Source of the DNA: Clostridia bacterium
GTDB taxonomy: Bacteria > Bacillota > Clostridia > Oscillospirales > UBA644
Assembly: GCA_017440085.1 (NCBI GenBank)
Contig: JAFSHW010000036.1
Location: 1-40,602 of the forward strand
DNA length: 40,602 bases
Direction of reading: 5' to 3'
The position numbers and the translations under genes are program-made. Of the stretch, positions 18,356 to 25,900 are shown one piece after another. Position 1 is the first letter of the stretch. Each line of letters starts with the position of its first letter. The notes below the pieces were generated by a model, which was not told the origin of the DNA, ran no database searches, and was given only the letters and a program-made list of their open reading frames with translations.

Positions 18356-18384
18356 TGGACAAGAAGCCTTTTATATGGTAAAAT
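18356..18384 (+). promoter_or_regulatory. Sigma-A promoter for the foldase gene
   Basis: TGGACA-17 bp-TAAAAT with TGg extension. Confidence 0.6.
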
Positions 18385-18424
18385 TATGTTCAATGACAAA
18401 ATATCTTAAAAAGAAGGAAAAATT

Positions 18425-19579
18425 ATGAAAAAGACAATAAGAATTATTTCAATGGTGCTTGCTTCCGTAATGATGCTTCTTACACTTTGCTCCTGTAAGG
18501 ACTCTTCTTACGCTTGCACTGTAGACGGTGTAGAGTACCCCGTAGGGCCTTATGCTTTTTACGCTCATTACACAAGAGATAAATATCAGGCTCAGGCAGA
18601 AGCTTACGGTTCTACAGATTTTGCCGCAGATTTGGTTGCTTCTCTTGATGAGGATGGCACTAAGCTTTATGAGTATATAAATTATGAAACTCAGTCAAGT
18701 TATCTTTCCCATCTTATTGTAAGCTTAAAGTTTGACCAGTTCGGTCTTGAACTTACTGCTGACCAGAAAAAGGCTATGGAAGAAGCAGTACAGGCTAATT
18801 GGATTGATGAATTTGGAGAAGAGGGCTTTACTGATATTTGCAGAACTCTCGGCATTACAGCTGCTGAATTCAAAGAAATGGTTGGCGTTTCTTATAAATA
18901 TGAAGCTTTGACCAATTATCTTTTCGGTGAAGGCGGTATTTACGAAATCACGGAAGATGAGCTTAGAGAAAATTATAATGAAAACTATAGCCGTTTCCGC
19001 TATATTATCGTATCAAAAATAGACACAGAAACGAATAAAGCTTTACCCACAGACGAACTTATTGCGAAAAAGGGTATTGTAGATACTGCTTACGCAGAAG
19101 CTCTTGCCGGTGCTGATTTCGGGGATTTGATTGCTGCATACTCTGAAGATTATATGACTATCTCCGACGATATGACGGACGAAGAAAAATCTACTTACGA
19201 AGCAAGAAATAAATCTGCTCGTGAAGACGGCATTGTTACGGATAAAAACGGCATTTTTGATTACCTTTTCTACTATTATTACAATCAAACTTTGGATTCC
19301 CAGATTGTTGATAAAGCATTTTCAATGAATGACGGCGATATTGCTTTGATAGAGATTGATTCTTCTTTCTGGGTTATTCAGAAAATGGATAAAAACGAAA
19401 AGGCAGATTACTTCGAATCTAAAAAAGACCTTATTTACAGCACAATCTCCTCACCCCTTCTTGATGAAGAATTTGCAAAATGGGAAAAGGAATTTTCTAT
19501 CGTAATGAACGAATCTGTGGTAAGCAAATATGACCCCAGAAAAATCGGTCCCCTTTTCTACGTTAAATCAGGCTCTTAA
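18425..19579 (+). CDS. PrsA/SurA-like foldase lipoprotein (parvulin-type domain, divergent)
   Basis: Signal peptide with lipobox-like LCSC; TVDG start of chaperone domain; parvulin-like GADFGDLIAAYSED and AFSMNDGDI; position after mfd is typical for Clostridia. Confidence 0.72.
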   Translation: MKKTIRIISMVLASVMMLLTLCSCKDSSYACTVDGVEYPVGPYAFYAHYTRDKYQAQAEAYGSTDFAADLVASLDEDGTKLYEYINYETQSSYLSHLIVSLKFDQFGLELTADQKKAMEEAVQANWIDEFGEEGFTDICRTLGITAAEFKEMVGVSYKYEALTNYLFGEGGIYEITEDELRENYNENYSRFRYIIVSKIDTETNKALPTDELIAKKGIVDTAYAEALAGADFGDLIAAYSEDYMTISDDMTDEEKSTYEARNKSAREDGIVTDKNGIFDYLFYYYYNQTLDSQIVDKAFSMNDGDIALIEIDSSFWVIQKMDKNEKADYFESKKDLIYSTISSPLLDEEFAKWEKEFSIVMNESVVSKYDPRKIGPLFYVKSGS

Positions 19580-19594
19580 TAATAATTGAATAAT

Positions 19595-19631
19595 AAAAAA
19601 GAACTTACTCATATGGAGTAAGTTCTTTTTT
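19595..19631. terminator. Bidirectional intrinsic terminator
   Basis: AAAAAAGAACTTACTC-atatg-GAGTAAGTTCTTTTTT, perfect 16-bp stem between convergent genes. Confidence 0.9.
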
Positions 19632-19635
19632 GATA

Positions 19636-20019
19636 TTAACCGATAATATCGGATATTTTTTTCGTCACGTAGACATTTTGCCCTGCATTTAGCAAGATTT
19701 CTGCGTTTCTATTTTCAATATTGCTTTCGCACAGTTTTTTCATGAATTGGAAAGAAGGAACGTCAATTTCATAGCTTTTCCACATGCAAACAATTTTTTT
19801 CACAGCACTATCTTTTAAATTCATAACACTTGAACTTATTTGAACGTTAAGATTTTCGATAGAATCGGAATTTATATGGAACGTCACGTTTTCTCCTTCT
19901 GTCATTCTCAAAACTAAACACTGGTGAAATTCGAGGCTCTGTTGATTGAAGTTTTCAAAGTATACTTTTGCAAGAGAAAGCATTTCGTTAAACGTTGCTT
20001 CAATTTCAATGTTGTTCAT
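19636..20019 (-). CDS. Hypothetical protein, probable cytidine-deaminase fold lacking Zn ligands
   Basis: 127 aa, SD AAGGAG; C-terminal pattern VKKIVCMW..DVPSFQFMKKLCESNIENRNAEILL..KKISDII parallels small CDA-family proteins. Gene likely real; fold is inferred. Confidence 0.65.
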   Translation of the reverse strand: MNNIEIEATFNEMLSLAKVYFENFNQQSLEFHQCLVLRMTEGENVTFHINSDSIENLNVQISSSVMNLKDSAVKKIVCMWKSYEIDVPSFQFMKKLCESNIENRNAEILLNAGQNVYVTKKISDIIG

Positions 20020-20039
20020 ATTTACAGCTCCTTTATCTG

Positions 20040-20069
20040 AAAACAGCGATTGAGTAGGTCAATCGCTGT
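20040..20069 (-). terminator. Intrinsic terminator after the deacetylase gene
   Basis: ACAGCGATTGA-gtagg-TCAATCGCTGT, followed by a short T run on the minus strand. Confidence 0.75.
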
Positions 20070-20074
20070 GCTTT

Positions 20075-21289
20075 TTAGTGTGTTGGATCTTTTGTGAACT
20101 GAATGGGAGTTACGCTTTCGTCCAATGCCTTTAAAGTGTAACCTTTATCAATAAGACCTTCGATAATTTCGGGGAGAGCTTCAACAGTGGTTCTCTTGTA
20201 TCTGTAACCCAAATCGTGCACAAGAATAATTGCAGTATTTGAGGTCGCGCCGTTAAGAACGTTTCTGACCAGAACGTCTTTTGGTACGTTGTGTCCGTCT
20301 CCGTCGGGGTCATTCTTCGGGCTGGTATCTCCGCTGTCAATATTCCAGTCGTAGTATTCGTAACCTAAATCGTGAATAAGCTCGTGGGGAGCAGTTCCCA
20401 ATTTTCTTACGTAGCTTGCATTTGACCCACCGGGAAAGCGGAACAATGTCATTTCATAACCGGTGAGTTCTTTAATGCTGTTGTGTATGGAAGTAACTTC
20501 CTTTTCAAAGCTTTCAATAGAACCGTAAACGCTGTCAAAATCGTGGGTGTTTGTGTGATTTCCCAAGGTATGCCCCTCGTCAATTATACGCTGGTAAATT
20601 TCTTTGTAACCTGTAATTTTCTTATAAGCAAAGTTTACGAAGAAAGTTGCTTTAACGTCGTACTTCTTCAAAATATCAAGAATATCGTTGGTAGCGTTTG
20701 AAATTCCGTCGTCAAAGGTAAGGTACGCATATTTGCCAGTATCTTCTGGGTTTTGAACTTCTTCTTGAGGGTTATCCTCAGGTTCTTCACCGGAAATCTG
20801 AGCTTTCAAATCATTTATCTGAGATTCAAGCTTTGAAATATTGTTGTTCAAAGTTTTTATCTTGGAATTAAGATTCGAAATCGTCTTATCCTTTTCTGCA
20901 ATCTGCTTTTGAAGGTCCTCAATGCTTTCTCCGCTGCCTGAAAGGTCATTTTTTAAGGTCTCAAGCTCTTGTGTAAGCTGAGCATTTGCAGCTGCAAGAT
21001 TTTCGCGTTCTTGTTTTAAGGAATCTCTTTCCGTTGAAAGGATTTGAAGCTTTGCGGAAAGCTCGTCTGCTGTCAGTTGAACGGTTTGAAGCTGATTTTT
21101 CGTTTGAGAAACCTCTTCGGTTAAATCGTCAATTTTTCCGTTCATATTTAAAATAGATATTCCCGCAACTACGCAAACCGTAAGGAGGATTGCACTTACT
21201 GCAACCATTGCTCCTAACCAGATTTTCATAGATTTATATTTTCTTCTTTTGCGGTTCTTTTTTTCAATGAGTTCTTCGTTTTCAATCAT
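20075..21289 (-). CDS. Membrane-anchored polysaccharide/peptidoglycan deacetylase (CE4/NodB) with coiled-coil stalk
   Basis: Basic N-terminus, TM helix, long heptad-rich region, then TFDDG, GNHTNTH, FRFPGG, DWNIDSGD, ILVHD; starts 2 bp after the proS stop. Confidence 0.9.
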   Translation of the reverse strand: MIENEELIEKKNRKRRKYKSMKIWLGAMVAVSAILLTVCVVAGISILNMNGKIDDLTEEVSQTKNQLQTVQLTADELSAKLQILSTERDSLKQERENLAAANAQLTQELETLKNDLSGSGESIEDLQKQIAEKDKTISNLNSKIKTLNNNISKLESQINDLKAQISGEEPEDNPQEEVQNPEDTGKYAYLTFDDGISNATNDILDILKKYDVKATFFVNFAYKKITGYKEIYQRIIDEGHTLGNHTNTHDFDSVYGSIESFEKEVTSIHNSIKELTGYEMTLFRFPGGSNASYVRKLGTAPHELIHDLGYEYYDWNIDSGDTSPKNDPDGDGHNVPKDVLVRNVLNGATSNTAIILVHDLGYRYKRTTVEALPEIIEGLIDKGYTLKALDESVTPIQFTKDPTH

Positions 21290-21291
21290 TT

Positions 21292-22734
21292 TTAATACGC
21301 CTTACCCCAATAAACCATATGCTTAGCAGGTTTACCGCAGATGGGGCAAACGTCACCAAGGTTTTCCTGTTCGAAAGGAATACAGCGTGAACCTACGCCG
21401 TAAGTTTCTTTAACCGCTTTTTCGCACTCTTCGTCGCCGCACCACATCATTTTTACGAAGCCCTGTTTCGTTGAAGTAACTTCTTTGAGCTCGTCAATGT
21501 TGTGAACTGCATAAGTCATTGAATCGCGTCTTTCTCTTGCTTTTTCGAGCATATCAACCTGAATCTGAGCAAGGATTTCCTTAACTGTTTCTGCAATATT
21601 TTCAAGAGGATAGGATTTCTTTTCACCGTTATCTCTTCTTACAAGCATGCAGCATCCGTTTTCAATATCTCTGGGGCCGATTTCAAGACGGAGGGGAACA
21701 CCCTTCATTTCATACTGAGAATATTTCCAACCGGGTGACTGGTCGCTGTCGTCAAGGTCAACTCTGATACCGGAATCTGCCAGAATCTTCTTCAATTCGT
21801 TGGCTTTATCAAGAACTCCTTCCTTGTGCATTGCTACGGGAATAATAACCATTTCAGTAGGAGCAATGGCAGGGGGAAGAACGAGACCGTTATCGTCACC
21901 GTGAGTCATAATAACTGCGCCGATAAGTCTTGTGGTTACACCCCAGGATGTCTGGTAAACGTATTTGAGAGTATTGTCTTTATCTGCAAATTGAATATTG
22001 AACGCTTTTGCAAACCCGTCACCGAAATAGTGTGAAGTACCTGCCTGGAGGGCAACACCATCGTGCATAAGTGCTTCGATGCAATAAGTCGCTTCAGCAC
22101 CTGCAAATTTATCGCTTTCTGTTTTTCTGCCTTTTACTACGGGAATAGCAAGGTATTTTTCGCAGAACTCAGCGTAAACGTTAAGCATTCTTTCTGTTTC
22201 TTCGATAGCCTCCTGCGCCGTTGCGTGAGCAGTGTGTCCTTCCTGCCAGAGGAATTCTCTTGAGCGAAGGAAAGGTCTTGTTGTCTTTTCCCAACGAACT
22301 ACGCTGCACCATTGGTTGCAAAGTTTGGGAAGGTCCCTGTAAGACTGAACTACGTGGGAGTAGTATTCACAGAAAAGAGTTTCAGAAGTGGGACGCACGC
22401 AAAGTCTTTCTGCCAAAGGTTCGCTACCACCGTGAGTTACCCAAGCAACTTCGGGAGCAAAGCCTTCAACGTGATCTTTTTCTTTCTGAAGTAAGCTTTC
22501 GGGAATAAACATAGGCATATAAACGTTTGTGTGACCTGTTGCCTTAAACATTGCATCAAGATTTTTCTGAATGTTTTCCCAAATAGCGTAACTGTAAGGC
22601 TGGAGAATTACGCAGCCCTTTACTGAGGAATAGTCTATAAGCTGTGTTTTAAGTACTATATCCGTATACCATTTTGCGAAGTTCTCATCCATTGAGGTAA
22701 TTTCTTTTACGGCTTTTGTTGACTTGTCTGCCAA
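21292..22734 (-). CDS. proS: Proline--tRNA ligase (archaeal/eukaryotic type)
   Basis: [43 protein letters not shown]-terminal Cys motif and terminal KAY; 480 aa; TTG start with SD AAGGA. Confidence 0.98.
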   Translation of the reverse strand: MADKSTKAVKEITSMDENFAKWYTDIVLKTQLIDYSSVKGCVILQPYSYAIWENIQKNLDAMFKATGHTNVYMPMFIPESLLQKEKDHVEGFAPEVAWVTHGGSEPLAERLCVRPTSETLFCEYYSHVVQSYRDLPKLCNQWCSVVRWEKTTRPFLRSREFLWQEGHTAHATAQEAIEETERMLNVYAEFCEKYLAIPVVKGRKTESDKFAGAEATYCIEALMHDGVALQAGTSHYFGDGFAKAFNIQFADKDNTLKYVYQTSWGVTTRLIGAVIMTHGDDNGLVLPPAIAPTEMVIIPVAMHKEGVLDKANELKKILADSGIRVDLDDSDQSPGWKYSQYEMKGVPLRLEIGPRDIENGCCMLVRRDNGEKKSYPLENIAETVKEILAQIQVDMLEKARERRDSMTYAVHNIDELKEVTSTKQGFVKMMWCGDEECEKAVKETYGVGSRCIPFEQENLGDVCPICGKPAKHMVYWGKAY

Positions 22735-22780
22735 ATTGTATCATCCTTTGTTTTTTATTTGTAAAAATACCTTATATAAT

Positions 22781-22809
22781 ATTATAATACATATTTGTTA
22801 CATTGTCAA
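22781..22809 (-). promoter_or_regulatory. Sigma-A promoter for proS
   Basis: Minus strand TTGACA-17 bp-TATAAT, perfect consensus. Confidence 0.82.
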
Positions 22810-22837
22810 TGGTAAAATATAATACATATTTGTTACA
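22783..22837. repeat. Perfect 20-bp direct repeat, 35-bp period
   Basis: TATAATACATATTTGTTACA at 22783-22802 and 22818-22837; its first 12 bp recur at 22921-22932. Confidence 0.85.
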
Positions 22838-22897
22838 ATTATACAGCTTTATAATAAAATGTTTGGATTTTTGTTGGCAAATTGGCTGAAATAGTTG

Positions 22898-22926
22898 TTG
22901 CTTTGGTGGTAATTTTCTGATATAAT
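22898..22926 (+). promoter_or_regulatory. Sigma-A promoter for the GH2-like lipoprotein
   Basis: TTGCTT-17 bp-TATAAT with TGa extension. Confidence 0.7.
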
Positions 22927-22968
22927 ACATATGCAACACTAAAAATATATTTATTGGAGGTTTTTTTA

Positions 22969-25900
22969 ATGAATAAGCGCCTTAAAATAGTGCTTTGCAC
23001 CGGGCTTCTTATCGTGATGTTGCTTTCTGTTGCAGCGTGCGGTAAAGTGACCGGCCTTGTTGAAACCTATGACGAGTGGAAAACAGACGTTGCTTCCAGA
23101 AATAAAGAAGCGGCATCCTCTATCCTCGTGTCATATGATGATTTAAATACTGCGGCTTCCGCGGATATTACAAAATCTTCTTATTACCTTTCTTTGAACG
23201 GTACTTGGGATTTTGCATATACTCAGAATGCTGCAAGTGTTCCCGCAGACTTTATGAAACTTGATTTCGTATACCCCGATCCTAATACGGCATCCGTTTC
23301 AGGTAAGACAGAAATTCTTTATTGGGATAAGATTAACGTTCCCGGCACTTTTGAAATGCAGGGCTACGGTAACCCCGTATATCTTGAATCCGCTTACGCT
23401 TGGAGTTCAGAAATCAGACCTACTAAAGTTCCTGAAACTGAAAACCCCATCGGTCTTTACAGAACAACTGTTTCAATCCCCGAAAATTGGGATGGCAGAG
23501 AGGTTTACATTACTCTTGACGGTGTATCTTCCGCTTGCTACGTTTATGTAAACGGTGAAATGGTTGGCTACGGTCAGGATACTTATTCTTCCAAGACCTT
23601 TAGAATTACTGATTTCGTTAAAGCCGGTGAAGAAGCTCTCGTTGCTGTTAAAGTATTCAAATACAGCTACGCTTCTTGGATTGAAGCTCAGGATGTTATC
23701 CGATTCGGTGGTATTTTTGATGATGTATATCTTTCATCTTCACCCAAGGTTTCAATTAAGGATATTTCCATTGACTCCGGTCTTGACAGTGAATTTGTAA
23801 ATGCAACAATGCTCGTAAACGTTGACGTTGTTTCTTACGTTGAATCCAACGACGGTTACAGCCTTGAAATTCAGGTTCTCGACCAGGAAGGTAAGCCCTT
23901 TATTGCAGCTCGTAAGCTCGGTAGCTCTGTAACCTTCAAAGATACTAAAGATGCCGGCTCCAACTACTTTAAAGCAGCTTCCGGCGGCCGTGTTTCTGCT
24001 GAAGCTCCTATTAAATGGTCTGCAGAAAACCCTTACCTTTACACAGCAGTAATTACTCTTAAAAATGCTGACGGCGAAGCAGTGGACGTTAAAAGTGTTC
24101 GCTTCGGATACTGTAAAGCAGGCTATGCCGTAGACGATGAAGGTAACCAGTCTTTCACTATGAACGGTGAAAAAGTTAAACTTTACGGTGTTGTTTACAA
24201 TGAATTCAACGCTGCAACAGGTTCTTACGTTCCTTACGAACAGAAGGTTGAAGACGTTAAAGCTCTTAAAGCTATGAACGTTAACGCAGTTCGTTCTCCC
24301 GGCGTTCCTTTCAGTTCTGAATTTATTGCTCTTTGCGATGAATACGGTATTTACGTAGTTTCCGATATTAACCTTGAATCTGAACCTTATTCAGCTAAAG
24401 GTGACGCTACGATTCCCGGTAATCAGACAATTTGGCAGAACATTCTCGTTGATAGACTTTACAATGTTGTAGAAAGAGATAAGAATGCTCCTTCCGTAAT
24501 TATGTGGGGTCTTGGTAACGAATCCGGTCAGGGCTCAAGCTTTAAATCACTCAGAAGCGTTCTTCAGGGTCTTGATAAGAGACTTATCGTTTATGATGGA
24601 GATACTCAGTACTCCGACCTTGTTGTTGCAAACGATTGGGATTTCTCAAAACTTAATGAAGTTCTTAACGATACTGAAAATAAGAAGCCCGTTCTTCTCG
24701 AATCCTTCGATATAGGTCTTCTTAACGGCGGCGGTAATATTTCTTCTTTGGTATCTCTTATCGATTCTTCCGATAAGGTTCAGGGCGGCTTCTTCAGCTA
24801 TTTCATTGATAAAGCTCTTTACTGGCCCAAGGATTCTGCTAATGCAGCTACAATCCTCAAAGAAAAACCTTACGCAACAAACTCTGCTGAATACCAGCTT
24901 ACATACTCAGGCAGCTGGGGTGAATCCTTGTCTGACTCCTATAAGGGTCTTACAGGTCTTCTCACCGCTAACAGAACGTGGCAGCCTGAAGCTTATGAAT
25001 TTAAAAACGTATTCTCTCCCATTGCAGTATCTGCGGTTGACGTGAAGAACGGTAAGTTCTCTGTAACCAACAGACTTAACTTTACAGCATTTGAAGATGC
25101 TTATGAGGTAATTTGGGAAGTATATAAAGAAGCAGAATTGGTTAAATCCGGTAAAGTTGAAGGCCTTTCAATTCTTCCCGGCGAATCTGCTGAATTTACA
25201 GTTGACTACGGCACTTTGGCAGCAAACGTTGATTACTTTGTTGATATCAGGGTCGTAACTCTCAATGAAACTAAATGGAATGACCTTACAGACGGCGTAG
25301 TTGCTTCTTGGCAGTACGATATTACAGGTTATGAAGCGCTTCCTCTTACAGGCGGCGAAGAAACTGACTTCGGCGATGCTCTTGAAGTAGAAATTATTGA
25401 AAAACCCGAAGTTGTTACAACTGTTCTTGATATTGCTAAGGGCTACATCTACGTTTCCAATAATTTCTCCGAAAATCTCGGCGACATTTTTGATTGCACA
25501 TTCGAACTTATCGAAACAAACAACTTCTGGAAGAAGCCTCGTCCTGTAGTTATTTCTTCCGGCACAGTAGACCTTGACATTCCTGCATATTCTCAGGACG
25601 TTAAAGTTCAGTTGGTTTACGATAACGAGCAGAAAGCGGTTGAAGGCGGCGATTACCTTGTAAAGGTTAAATTCGTAGCTAAGAAAGCTCTTGGCGACAT
25701 TCCCGCAGGATACACTTTCGTTTGGAACTTTGACGATTCTACTCTTGGCGCACCCATTCCCTTTGAAGTTGATAAGTCCAGAACTCCCGTTCAGGATAAA
25801 AATGAAGACGGTTCACCCAAAATCGACGGTAAAGGCAATCCCATTATGATTGGCGGTGACGTTGAACCTGAAACTGTTCCCGAAGTTGACGTTAACGATA

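Noticed and set aside
21292-22734. Archaeal/eukaryote-type ProRS as recent horizontal transfer; T-box upstream
   Set aside because: This ProRS type is common in Clostridia, and the promoter is only ~45 bp from the start, leaving no room for a T-box.
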